From positions 1,248,001-1,312,000 of the forward strand of contig CAWFFH010000003.1 in the NCBI GenBank assembly GCA_963815095.1: a stretch of 64,000 nt of DNA, given 5' to 3'. This document shows, piece after piece, positions 8,940-18,629 of the stretch. The notes under the pieces are model-generated. The model saw only the letters and a program-made list of their open reading frames with translations, searched no databases and was not told where the DNA came from. The position numbers and the translations under genes were made by a program. Position 1 is the stretch's first letter. Each line of letters opens with the position of its first letter. This stretch comes from Candidatus Bathyarchaeota archaeon. GTDB taxonomy: Archaea > Thermoproteota > Bathyarchaeia > Bathyarchaeales > Bathycorpusculaceae.

Positions 8940-10396
8940 GTCGCCACATCTACCAGCCTATGCTTGCAAAGGTTGTCGAGGAAGCTTTTTCGGATAAGGA
9001 CTGGGTTTTTGAGGTTAAATGGGATGGGTTCCGCGCAATCGCCTACGTAGAACAACCTTTCAGCCTCAAAAGCCGAAATGAGAAGGAACTAAAACAAAAT
9101 TTTCCTGAACTTCAGGAATTAAACAAGCTTGCCAGCAACATTGTCGTGGACGGCGAAATCGTGGTTATGCGGGAAGGCAAACCCGACTTCCAATCCTTAT
9201 TGGAACGCGGACAGGCGGTTTCGACAAGAGAAATCCAACGACAAGAGGATCGTGCTCCCGCTGTCTACATCGTTTTTGACATATTGGAAAAAGATGGCAA
9301 ATCTCTAACCAAATTGCCTCTGATGAAGCGCAAAGCAATCCTCAAAGACTCCTTGAAGGAGGGCTCAAACGTGCTTTTATGTGATTTTATAGAGGAAAAA
9401 GGCGAATCTTACTTCAAGTTGGCGTTGGAGAAGGGTTTGGAGGGAGTTGTGGCAAAGAGGAAGGACAGTGAGTATGAGGAAGGTTTGCGTACTGGGAGTT
9501 GGTTGAAGATTAAGAAACTCAAAACTTGTGACTGCGTAATTTTTGGTTATACTCGGGGGGAGGCGATTAGGGCAAAAACTTTTGGTGCCTTACTGCTTGG
9601 TGTTTATGATAACGAGGGTAAACCTGTCTATGTTGGTAAAGTTGGCACAGGTTTTACTCAGCAGATGATTGGAGTTTTATCGGATAAATTTAAGAAAATA
9701 AAGACAGATGTTGCCCCGTTTAAGCCTGAAGCTGGCGACGTTGTGACTTGGCTTGAGCCCAAACTTGTCTGCGAAGTAGCTTATCAAGTATTAACGAGGG
9801 ACTTGAGGTTGCGTATGGCACGTTTTAAACGGTTAAGAGATGACAAACCGCCTGAACAATGCACAATTGACCAAATAATCGAAAGCAAACAAAAAGAAGT
9901 CGCATCCCCTGAACAAAAAAGCGATGCAAAGGAAAAAGATGTGGATCAAAAGCTATCTGAATACGCAGCAAAAAGGCATTTTGAAGAAACCCCCGAACCC
10001 AAAGGCGCCCCAGAGAAAGAAGGCGACAAACTCATCTATGTAATCCAAGAACACCATGCAAGGCGACTGCACTATGATTTTAGGTTGGAAAAAGACGGTG
10101 TCCTCAAAAGCTGGGCAGTCCCAAAAGGGATGCCTGAAGCTGGGCAAAAGGTTTTGGCGGTGGAAACCGAAGACCACCCATACGAATACGGAAGTTTTGA
10201 AGGCGAAATCCCAAAAGGACAGTATGGCGCGGGAACCGTGAAAATCTGGGACAAAGGAACCTACGAAACCAAACTTTGGGAGAGCGACAAAATCGAAATC
10301 ACTCTAAACGGAAAACGGCTTAAGAGTCGCTATGTTTTGGTGCGCCTAAAGCGCGCTGGCGACAAAGATTGGCTGCTGTTGAAAGGAAAAGAATAG
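8936..10396 (+). CDS. ligD: ATP-dependent NHEJ DNA ligase fused to a C-terminal 3'-phosphoesterase domain
   Basis: Ligase motifs EVKWDGFRA, DGEIV, FDIL, EGVVAK, WLKIK; phosphoesterase motifs QEHHARRLHYDFRLE, SWAVPKG, EDHP, YGAG. Confidence 0.95.
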   Translation: MSRHIYQPMLAKVVEEAFSDKDWVFEVKWDGFRAIAYVEQPFSLKSRNEKELKQNFPELQELNKLASNIVVDGEIVVMREGKPDFQSLLERGQAVSTREIQRQEDRAPAVYIVFDILEKDGKSLTKLPLMKRKAILKDSLKEGSNVLLCDFIEEKGESYFKLALEKGLEGVVAKRKDSEYEEGLRTGSWLKIKKLKTCDCVIFGYTRGEAIRAKTFGALLLGVYDNEGKPVYVGKVGTGFTQQMIGVLSDKFKKIKTDVAPFKPEAGDVVTWLEPKLVCEVAYQVLTRDLRLRMARFKRLRDDKPPEQCTIDQIIESKQKEVASPEQKSDAKEKDVDQKLSEYAAKRHFEETPEPKGAPEKEGDKLIYVIQEHHARRLHYDFRLEKDGVLKSWAVPKGMPEAGQKVLAVETEDHPYEYGSFEGEIPKGQYGAGTVKIWDKGTYETKLWESDKIEITLNGKRLKSRYVLVRLKRAGDKDWLLLKGKE

Positions 10397-10397
10397 T

Positions 10398-11141
10398 ATG
10401 GAAAACCTCCATTTGGGCACTATTGGCTGGAGCTATAACTTTTGGAAAGAAATCTTTTATCCTAAAAAAACTGCCTCAAAAGACTACCTAGCATACTATG
10501 CCACACAGTTCAATACGGTTGAAGTTGACAGCACCTTCTACCGAATCCCTATCCAGTCGACTGTTTCCAATTGGAAACAGCAAACTCCCGAGGGCTTTAG
10601 GTTTTCACTCAAGTTTCCTCAAATGATAACGCATGTTAAAATGCTTAGGGATTGCGAATATGAGACAGGCATTTTTCTTGAAAGGGTAGGGTTGCTTGGA
10701 GAAGAGCTCGGTGGCTTGCTTTTACAGTTTCCTCCGAACTTCGGTGTTGACCGCCTATCCGACTTAGAGGCTTACTTAAAGAAACTCCCAAAAGAGCACA
10801 GATACGCTGTTGAAGTTAGGAACAAAAGCTGGCTAAACCAAACATTTTATTCCGTTTTAAGAACTAATGCAATTGCTTTGGTTTGGGCAGATAGTTCCTT
10901 AATGGCTGAAATCAGGGAAGTTACCAGCGATTTTTTGTACGTCCGCTGGGAAGGTGATCGGAAAAAAGTTAACGGCACCTTAGGAAAGATAGAAGCCGAT
11001 AGGGTTGAGGACCTAAAGTTGGAGGGAGAAAAACTCAAGCCTTTACTAAAAAAAATAGAAATCTTTGGCTATTTTGGTAAGTATTATTCTGGGTATCCGC
11101 CCTCAGACATCGCAAATATGCAAGACATCTTGAACAAGTAA
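10398..11141 (+). CDS. DUF72 (YecE-like) protein
   Basis: GTIGWSY, FNTVEVDSTFYRIP, LLQFPP and AVEVRNKSW motifs. Confidence 0.92.
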   Translation: MENLHLGTIGWSYNFWKEIFYPKKTASKDYLAYYATQFNTVEVDSTFYRIPIQSTVSNWKQQTPEGFRFSLKFPQMITHVKMLRDCEYETGIFLERVGLLGEELGGLLLQFPPNFGVDRLSDLEAYLKKLPKEHRYAVEVRNKSWLNQTFYSVLRTNAIALVWADSSLMAEIREVTSDFLYVRWEGDRKKVNGTLGKIEADRVEDLKLEGEKLKPLLKKIEIFGYFGKYYSGYPPSDIANMQDILNK

Positions 11142-11179
11142 ATATTCAACCAAAAGAATCTAATTTGAAGGTCAGACAA

Positions 11180-11686
11180 ATGGACACTAACAAACTGTTT
11201 GAGTTAGCAACTCCAGTTTTGGAAAAAAACGATTTCGGAGTCGGCCACACTAAGCGGGTTTTCGAGATTGCGAAACAAAACTTTCCCGTAAAAAGCGATC
11301 TCCAAGACTTAACCTACGTCGCCATAATTCTGCATGACATTGGGGGAAGCACCATACAAGAACAATACGAAAAAGGGCCCCAAATCGCAACCGCCCTGTT
11401 AAAAAAACTAGGCTGCTGCTCTGAATCATTCATTAAACAGGTCTGCTACATAATCAGCACCCACCACGAACATCCCACCAACCCCTCAGAGCCGTTCCTT
11501 TCACTGTACGATTCGGATAAGCTGGTTATGTTTTCTCCAGAAGAGTACCCGTACTATAATGCGCGAGAAGGGTTTGACTGGAACAAAATAATCAACCTCA
11601 TATATTCTAAAAAAGGGCAAGAAATAGCAAAAAAGTCTCTGGCTCAGAGAAGAAAAGATCAACCTCCAAAAGGTAGACAGGTTTAA
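11180..11686 (+). CDS. HD-domain phosphohydrolase
   Basis: HTKRV...LHDIG...HHEH...YDSD motif series. Confidence 0.85.
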   Translation: MDTNKLFELATPVLEKNDFGVGHTKRVFEIAKQNFPVKSDLQDLTYVAIILHDIGGSTIQEQYEKGPQIATALLKKLGCCSESFIKQVCYIISTHHEHPTNPSEPFLSLYDSDKLVMFSPEEYPYYNAREGFDWNKIINLIYSKKGQEIAKKSLAQRRKDQPPKGRQV

Positions 11687-11688
11687 AC

Positions 11689-12303
11689 ATGTTCTTTAAG
11701 CAAATCCAACAGCACAGCGACAACTTCTCATATATCATAGCAGACGAAGACATCAAAGAAGCAGCGGTTGTCGATTCAAGCTTCAACGCTGACGAAATCA
11801 TAAAAGTCATAAAAACCCAACAACTGCACCTAAAATATGTTTTAATCACTCATGGGCACTCTGACCACACCGCAGGTAACACAGAATTGCAATCTATCTT
11901 TGGAGCCAAAGTGGTTGCGTATAAACAATCCAAAATCCCCTACGACATCCCCCTTAACGAAGGCGACCTATTGATGGTTGGCCAAATATCCATAAAAACT
12001 ATTTACACACCTGGACACACCGCGGATAGCATTTGCCTACTTGTCGACAATCAAAAGCTGCTAACAGGTGACACATTATTTGTTGGCGAGTGCGGAAGAA
12101 CCGATTTTCCTGGGGGCAACTCAAAAAGCATGTATGAGAGTTTGTTTAACAAACTTCTAAAACTAAACGACGACGTGGAAGTTTATCCTGGACATGACTA
12201 TGGAGCTAAGCCTTATTCAACTATCGGGGAAGAAAAAAAATCAAACTATACTCTGCAGCCCCGAAGCCTCAAAGACTTTATGGAGTTCATGAGCCAACTT
12301 TAA
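11689..12303 (+). CDS. MBL-fold metallohydrolase (glyoxalase II-like)
   Basis: THGHSDH, TPGHT, TGDTLF and PGHDY motifs. Confidence 0.92.
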   Translation: MFFKQIQQHSDNFSYIIADEDIKEAAVVDSSFNADEIIKVIKTQQLHLKYVLITHGHSDHTAGNTELQSIFGAKVVAYKQSKIPYDIPLNEGDLLMVGQISIKTIYTPGHTADSICLLVDNQKLLTGDTLFVGECGRTDFPGGNSKSMYESLFNKLLKLNDDVEVYPGHDYGAKPYSTIGEEKKSNYTLQPRSLKDFMEFMSQL

Positions 12304-12664
12304 GACGTTTGCAGGCATCAAATATGCAAGAACTCGCCGCTAACGCTAATAATTAACTTCAAAAATTCTTTTCAGCTTTAATTTCTGAGCTAAATATGTC
12401 ACGTTTATTGAGATACTTTTTTATTGCTCTTGTTCTAAACAGTGGGTTTAAAAGGCTTCAACCCAATACTCGAAGAGAAAACAAACCTTAAAAGTTTAGA
12501 TAAAGTATATGTGAGACTGTAATGGAAAATACATTTATCTTCACTAGCGTAGCTCGATTAGTAAGCTTTAAGCTTGAAAGTTCTGGGTACCTCGAATCGC
12601 TCTTAAAGGCAAAATCTGCAGGCCAAATGTTATCCAGTAAACGACTAAATGAGGCTGGATACAA

Positions 12665-13900
12665 ATGATATTTACCGACATCATTTCCATAATTTTGCTT
12701 TCAGTTTTGCTTTTCTGGACCGCCTACAATGGCTCAATAATCTACTTGGGAATAAGAGCGAAACGCAAACAAACAACAATTTCAACAACTACCCAGCTTG
12801 TTGAGTTCCCAAAGTTTTCAATAATTGTCCCAACCAAAAATGAAGAAAACGTCATCCGACGCTGCCTAGACGGCATATTCAACATGGATTACCCAAAAGA
12901 CAAACTCCAAGTAATAGTCGTGGACGGAAAATCCACTGACAATACACCCCAAATATGCTCAGAGTTCTCCGAGAGATACCCCGAAAACATCAAAGTTATC
13001 TCCGAAAAAACTGTCAAAGGCAAGCCCGCAGCGCTCAACCTTGCCCTAAAATATGTAATTGGAGATATAGTGGGTACTTTTGATGCTGACAGCCTTCCAG
13101 AGAAAGATGCACTCTCAAAACTTGCCTCATATTTCACTGACAAAAAAGTGATGGCTGTTCAAGGAAGAACAACCGCAATTAACGAAAAAAGCAACGTCCT
13201 AACACGAATCACCGCGATGGAAGAAAAAGCCTGGTACCAAGCCTTAATTACCGGAAGAGAAAGCCTACAATTATTCGTTCCACTTAACGGAAGCTGCCAA
13301 TTCGTAAGAACTAAAGTAGTTGAAGAGCTTGGCGGCTGGGATGAAAATTCCTTAACTGAAGATGTAGAATTTGCATTAAGGCTCGTTGAAAAGAAACATC
13401 TCATAAAATATGCTCCGGATGTTTGCTCGGGGCAAGAAACACCAGGCAATCTGGGTTCTTTGTTTAAGCAACGGGTGCGATGGTACCGAGGATATATGGA
13501 AACATCCCTAAAATACGGTCGCCTCCTAGACTCAATAAATAGGCGGACACTTGATGCAGAAATTTCTATGGCTGGACCATTTATGATGGTTGTGTCACTG
13601 TTAAGCTACATAAACTGGTTCTTGGTTGCACTATTTTTCCAAAGTACTCCCATCATAAGCTTTACAGGCTTGGTGATAGCTCTTACAGCTGTTTCTATTG
13701 TTTCAGTTGGCGTTGCTTTATTGGCGACCGAAAAACCCATAAAAACGCGAAACGTTCTCTGGATACCATTTATTTATGTTTATTGGCTTTTCCAGATGTG
13801 CATTGCTGGTTGGGCATTTCTTAAATTCGTATCTAGAAGCAAGCGAGATTGGACAAAAACAGTTAAAAAAGGTACTATTGCTCCTGGTAGCATTATTTGA
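12665..13900 (+). CDS. processive GT2 glycosyltransferase (cellulose-synthase-like)
   Basis: DAD, TED and QRVRW (QxxRW) motifs; N- and C-terminal TM helices. Confidence 0.9.
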   Translation: MIFTDIISIILLSVLLFWTAYNGSIIYLGIRAKRKQTTISTTTQLVEFPKFSIIVPTKNEENVIRRCLDGIFNMDYPKDKLQVIVVDGKSTDNTPQICSEFSERYPENIKVISEKTVKGKPAALNLALKYVIGDIVGTFDADSLPEKDALSKLASYFTDKKVMAVQGRTTAINEKSNVLTRITAMEEKAWYQALITGRESLQLFVPLNGSCQFVRTKVVEELGGWDENSLTEDVEFALRLVEKKHLIKYAPDVCSGQETPGNLGSLFKQRVRWYRGYMETSLKYGRLLDSINRRTLDAEISMAGPFMMVVSLLSYINWFLVALFFQSTPIISFTGLVIALTAVSIVSVGVALLATEKPIKTRNVLWIPFIYVYWLFQMCIAGWAFLKFVSRSKRDWTKTVKKGTIAPGSII

Positions 13901-14211
13901 CTGCTGCAAAACTTTTTCTTATCAAAAGTTCAATTGACAAATTGAGGAGCGACTGGTTGTGGAAAGGGAAATCGCAACTAACAAGACCAAAACACATGTT
14001 TCATATTACATCCAGTTTAGTCAGTTTCAGGCGACTTCATCCACAAGTGGTTTGTAAAAATCTTTTTTCCAAGGCTCGACTGGCACTGAATTGAAAGCAA
14101 AGTTTTTGGGCATCGTTCAATACTCAAAATCATCTTTATGATATCGACCTCATAATCTAACAAAAATTGCAATTAGCTTCCTTGCTTTAACTAGCAAATT
14201 TCTTTTTTAAC

Positions 14212-14364
14212 ATGGTTGTTTATCTTGAGTGGGCTCTTCCTGACCCTGTACACGGGTACAGTGAAGGCGTTGATGAAGCTGGGAACCAGCTTACAAGTGC
14301 TGGCAGCAACACAAACGGTTTGATTATAGGCGCCGCAAGATATGCACTTCAGATCCACCCTTGA
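14212..14364 (+). pseudogene. 50-codon ORF resembling the C-terminus of DUF3131-like proteins (gene remnant)
   Basis: Translates to MVVYLEWALPDPVHGYSEGVDEAGNQLTSAGSNTNGLIIGAARYALQIHP; in-frame TAA upstream at 14188; family resemblance is from recall only. Confidence 0.4.
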
Positions 14365-14486
14365 TGAGAGGTTAGTGGATTTTGAACTTTGTGCTCCCAA
14401 TTTATTTCTGGTAAGCGTAAGGCATTTAGGATGGCACTTAACAGTCTATAAAACAATAATTTCGTGGCATCTTTGGAGAATAAGAA

Positions 14487-15989
14487 GTGACTCAAACTCG
14501 TAACCACCTCAATTGGATTCGCCAAAACCGATACATCTTGTTTCCTTTGTTGGCGTTTGCCATACCTTTGCTGGTTCGAGCGATACCTGAGATTTTGATG
14601 GGTCCATACCTTACGGGATTCGATACCATGGGTTACTATGTACCAAACACTCTTGATTGGCTCAGCCACGGAGGCAACATTTGGGCTTTTTTGTCCGATG
14701 CCCCCTTAATGTATCTGATTTTAACAAGCGCAACCTTCGTTGGAGCCCCCATCATCCTCACCCTCAAAGTTCTATCCCCCATGCTTTTAGGTTTTCTAGG
14801 CCTCACAATCTATTTCTACTCCCACAAAACCCTCGCATGGTCATCTAAGAAGAGTTTACTTGTGGTTTTGTTTGCAACCCTGTATTTTGTAGCCCTAAGA
14901 ATATCATGGGATATGCTTCGCAGCGAACTTGGACTAATATTTTTGTTTGCAGCGCTCATTTATCTCAAAAGCGGAAAGTCTCTATCCAACAACACTTTGC
15001 TATTGGTGTTCTTGGCACTGATCGTTCTTTCCAATCAACTTTTAGCAGTTATCATGCTTGGAATAGCTTTTGCCTCCATCGTCCGCTTTTACCTTGACAA
15101 GAAAAAATTTGAATTCAAAAGACTCATTATTTGTACCGCAATCGTAGGTTCCTTGTTTCTCCTATTGGTTTTTGCTATGAGTTCGATTTTACATTTTTCT
15201 GTAATAGGCGGCATTCCAAGTCAATCTTCAGGCTCGGACATGGCACTACTGGGATTTACTTCCTACGGTGACTTTGTTTTTGACACGGCTGGGTTTCTTG
15301 TTTTTTGTTATTTGCCCCTCTTGCCTTTGCTGATTATAGGTTTTAGATATTTCAAAAGCAACATACAACTCAAAACATGGATCGCCTTGATTTTTCTCTT
15401 ATTACTAATATCTATTATTAGCCCGAATGCTTCTTTTGCTGTCTATCCCTACCGCTGGGTCTTGCTATTAACTTATCCTTTGGCTTTTTATGCCGTCGAG
15501 GTCTTTAGTCGCGTTAGACGGAACCTATACCGAATTGGAATGGGGATTGGGGTGGGTTTAATTTTGGCAACCTTAAGCATCGGCTTTATCGCCATACCAA
15601 ATAGTCAAGCTTTTCCTTATATCAGCGTCTTTCCTTCATACGTGCCAACATCGATGCTGCAAAACACAGTCCAATCAAGTGACTGCGCCGACACCTCCAA
15701 CGCTTTGCTCTGGGCAAAAAACAATATTCCTAGTAGCGGTATCCTGCTTGTTCACGACGTATTTCATGGTTGGGCTAGGTTAACATTTGACAGCAATCGA
15801 TTATTTCCCTATGTATTTGATAATCCTGCTATAGTCGCTCAAACCTTCTCAGCAAATGATTCATCAACTCCCTTGTTTTTGATTTGGTGGGTAAACGGTA
15901 AAGGATGGTACGGGCAACCAACAGTCGATGCATCTTTTAAAGAGATTTACCATAGCGGAGACATCGCAATCTATCAATATAGCCCCTAA
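14487..15989 (+). CDS. polytopic membrane protein, GT-C-like
   Basis: About 12 TM segments, acidic first loop GFDTMGYY, C-terminal extracellular domain. Confidence 0.65.
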   Translation: MTQTRNHLNWIRQNRYILFPLLAFAIPLLVRAIPEILMGPYLTGFDTMGYYVPNTLDWLSHGGNIWAFLSDAPLMYLILTSATFVGAPIILTLKVLSPMLLGFLGLTIYFYSHKTLAWSSKKSLLVVLFATLYFVALRISWDMLRSELGLIFLFAALIYLKSGKSLSNNTLLLVFLALIVLSNQLLAVIMLGIAFASIVRFYLDKKKFEFKRLIICTAIVGSLFLLLVFAMSSILHFSVIGGIPSQSSGSDMALLGFTSYGDFVFDTAGFLVFCYLPLLPLLIIGFRYFKSNIQLKTWIALIFLLLLISIISPNASFAVYPYRWVLLLTYPLAFYAVEVFSRVRRNLYRIGMGIGVGLILATLSIGFIAIPNSQAFPYISVFPSYVPTSMLQNTVQSSDCADTSNALLWAKNNIPSSGILLVHDVFHGWARLTFDSNRLFPYVFDNPAIVAQTFSANDSSTPLFLIWWVNGKGWYGQPTVDASFKEIYHSGDIAIYQYSP

Positions 15990-16129
15990 TGCCTCAGTTT
16001 CAATTTGAGTCGAATTTTCGTTTTTGTTCCCTTAATTTGTTGTACGTTTTTATGATAAAATGCGTAATTCATAAATACATATTGAATCGATGCTATGCTA
16101 CTAGAAAAGACATAAGAGAATAGAACCAA

Positions 16130-16516
16130 ATGGTTAAACATCTCTCTAACAGTAACATGCTCCAATTTGACAAAAGACAATTGTTGAATCTGAAAACTAG
16201 AGCGATGCGTTCGGGCGCATGGTTCAGATCATTGAAGCGAATAGACCGAGTGTTGATTGATTTAACGATAAAAGTTGTTGAAAACATTCGCAGTTCAAGG
16301 CTAGCAAAAAGCATACAAGCGCTTGCAATCAAGTTGGAGTACGTTATGAAGAGCGGTTTTTCGCAAAGAGTCCAAGAGATCGGTTTTTCTTTGGCTGAGA
16401 AAATTAGTTCAGTAGGCCAAATAATTGGTAACTCCTCTGCTGCTGGCTGGGCGTTTGACTCTTCCTTTGCAGTTTTCTTAGCTGTGATGCATATAAACAA
16501 TTCAGCGGAAACTTGA
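16130..16516 (+). CDS. conserved basic hypothetical protein (paralogue of 59407-59781)
   Basis: Shares the A.R.G.WFRSL.R..R..IDLT.K.V.NI.SS.LAK pattern with its paralogue. Confidence 0.8.
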   Translation: MVKHLSNSNMLQFDKRQLLNLKTRAMRSGAWFRSLKRIDRVLIDLTIKVVENIRSSRLAKSIQALAIKLEYVMKSGFSQRVQEIGFSLAEKISSVGQIIGNSSAAGWAFDSSFAVFLAVMHINNSAET

Positions 16517-16653
16517 AAATAATCTTAGTGCTAAATCGGTGATAAAATAAAGTTAATGTTTGCCTTTGTTAGATTAGCCCGTCCCATAATTATGGCAAAT
16601 GTTATATTGGGTATGTCTGCTTCTACTATCAACGAATAGTAGGCTCTATCTGT

Positions 16654-16899
16654 ATGGCAAAAATTAATTTTATAGACTTCCAGATTAGAGTCAAAGGCTA
16701 TGTTAAAGAAAACTGGGGCTCCCCTTTTGTGGTGAGCTTTATTTTTCTTTTGCTTAGCGCCGCAACTTTGCTGTCTTTGGGAATATCTTATTGGGCCGAG
16801 CAAATAGCAGTCTACGCTTATTATGCTTTAGTTATCGGCATTGTGCTTCAGATTTTATGCTACATAAAATACAAAAAAATTAGCGCTGAGGCTGATTAA
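16654..16899 (+). CDS. small 2-TM membrane protein
   Basis: 81 aa with two hydrophobic helices; its stop abuts the next ATG. Confidence 0.75.
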   Translation: MAKINFIDFQIRVKGYVKENWGSPFVVSFIFLLLSAATLLSLGISYWAEQIAVYAYYALVIGIVLQILCYIKYKKISAEAD

Positions 16900-17673
16900 A
16901 TGGAGCAAATAGAATTATCCTTTGTTATCCCAGCGTACAATGAAGAAGATTTTATCGAAAATACACTTGGTTCTATTGACACAGTTATTCAAGGAAGGCA
17001 CCTGCCGTATGAAATTGTTGTCGTTGATGATGGAAGTCAGGACAAAACTTTTGATAATGCAATGCGTTACGCAAAAAGAAACGGGCATGTTAGAGTTTTA
17101 ACCTACCCCAAAAATGTGGGCAAAGGGTATGCTGTACGAACAGGTTTCATGAAGGCTAACGGTCACGTTGTGGTTTTTGCGGATGGTGACATGGAAATAG
17201 ACCTGAAAACGATTTCAAATTATCTTGATGCACTTAAGAACGGCGACATAGTAATTGCTTCTAAAAGGCACAGCGATTCTCGGGTAGAAGTACCTATATC
17301 TAGAAGAATTTTGAGTGAAACTTTCAACGGACTTGTTCGGCTCCTAACTGGGGTTCCACTCAAAGACACTCAGTCTGGTCTTAAAGCTATGAAGAAAAGT
17401 GCTTTTTTGGAGATTTTTCCCAAATTAGCTGTTAAACGTTACGCTTTCGATGTTGAGTTGCTTGCTGTGGCGCACCTTCACGGCTTAAAAGTAATTGAGA
17501 TGCCAGTGACCATTAAACTGAACGCCTCGTTTAAGGTTCATAATATGTGGCACATGTTTGTTGATTTGCTCGGAATTGCTTACCGTTTAAAGGTAGTGCA
17601 TTGGTATCAACGCCAGATTCCCACAAGAGATGGGTTGCAGAATATGGCTGCATTTGTTTTTCGTGAAGCTTAA
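16900..17673 (+). CDS. GT2, dolichyl-phosphate glycosyltransferase-like (DPM/DPG synthase)
   Basis: IPAYNEE, VDDGSQD, GKGYAVRTG, DGD, DTQSG and FDVELL motifs. Confidence 0.88.
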   Translation: MEQIELSFVIPAYNEEDFIENTLGSIDTVIQGRHLPYEIVVVDDGSQDKTFDNAMRYAKRNGHVRVLTYPKNVGKGYAVRTGFMKANGHVVVFADGDMEIDLKTISNYLDALKNGDIVIASKRHSDSRVEVPISRRILSETFNGLVRLLTGVPLKDTQSGLKAMKKSAFLEIFPKLAVKRYAFDVELLAVAHLHGLKVIEMPVTIKLNASFKVHNMWHMFVDLLGIAYRLKVVHWYQRQIPTRDGLQNMAAFVFREA

Positions 17674-18629
17674 TGACTTTCAAGGGTATTGTTACAATTA
17701 TTATTCCTTGTAAAACCATTGACGAATATACAGTGGGGTGCATCAACTCCTGCAAATCTTTAGATTATAGAAACCTCGAAATAATCATTCTTCCAGACAA
17801 TCTTGATAGGACTAGAGATGGAGTTAAAACGATATCTACTGGCCCAGTCTCTCCTGGAGCAAAAAGAAACATAGGCGTCGAAAATTCAAATGGTGAGTTC
17901 TGTGCATTTATAGACAACGATGCCTATCCAAGAAGCGATTGGTTAACCAATGCCTTGAAATATTTTGAAAACCCTCAAGTGGGCGGTGTAGGAGGTCCTG
18001 GATTGACCCCAGAATCAGACGGGTTTATGCAAAAAGCTGGGGGCTACGTTTTGTCTTCATTCATGGTTGGTAGCCTCTCGACCAGATACAAAACACAAAA
18101 CTGCTTTGAATCCGACGATATCCACTCATGTAACTTTATTGCAAGAAAATCAGTAATCAAGGAAGCTGGCGGATGGAATGAAAAATATTGGCCTGGAGAA
18201 GACACATTAATGTGCCTTGCAATAAAGAAAACTGGCAAAAAACTAATCGAGTCATCAGACGTCGTCGTGTATCATCATCGTCGTTCACTTTTTGGTCCTC
18301 ACATCAAACAAGTTTCCCGATTCGGTGAACATCGAGGCTTTTTTGTTAAAAAATATCCAGAAAATTCGATAAAAGCAACCTATTTCTTACCTTCAGTTCT
18401 TATATTTTCACTTGTTATCGGAATTTTGCTTTCAATTCTCCTCCCGCAGTTTCTCTACATCCTGCTTCTAGGAATCTTGGGTTATTCGATTTTAAGCCTG
18501 ACTGCGGCAGCCCTTCAAGTAAAAAACATCAAGCTGATTTTTTCTATCTGGTTAGGCATAATCGTAACCCATTTAGTCTACGGCTCATACTTTCTGTTCG
18601 GTTTAGCAAAGCGTGACCTGAAAAGATGA
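17673..18629 (+). CDS. GT2 glycosyltransferase with C-terminal TM helices
   Basis: KRNIG, FIDND and GED motifs. Confidence 0.88.
   Translation: MTFKGIVTIIIPCKTIDEYTVGCINSCKSLDYRNLEIIILPDNLDRTRDGVKTISTGPVSPGAKRNIGVENSNGEFCAFIDNDAYPRSDWLTNALKYFENPQVGGVGGPGLTPESDGFMQKAGGYVLSSFMVGSLSTRYKTQNCFESDDIHSCNFIARKSVIKEAGGWNEKYWPGEDTLMCLAIKKTGKKLIESSDVVVYHHRRSLFGPHIKQVSRFGEHRGFFVKKYPENSIKATYFLPSVLIFSLVIGILLSILLPQFLYILLLGILGYSILSLTAAALQVKNIKLIFSIWLGIIVTHLVYGSYFLFGLAKRDLKR

Noticed and set aside
14240-14380. Short hairpins (CTGTAC/GTACAG, AAGCTGG/CCAGCTT) and TGATGA boxes suggesting a C/D sRNA or structured RNA
   Set aside because: No properly placed downstream CTGA D box; the segment is better explained as a protein-coding remnant.
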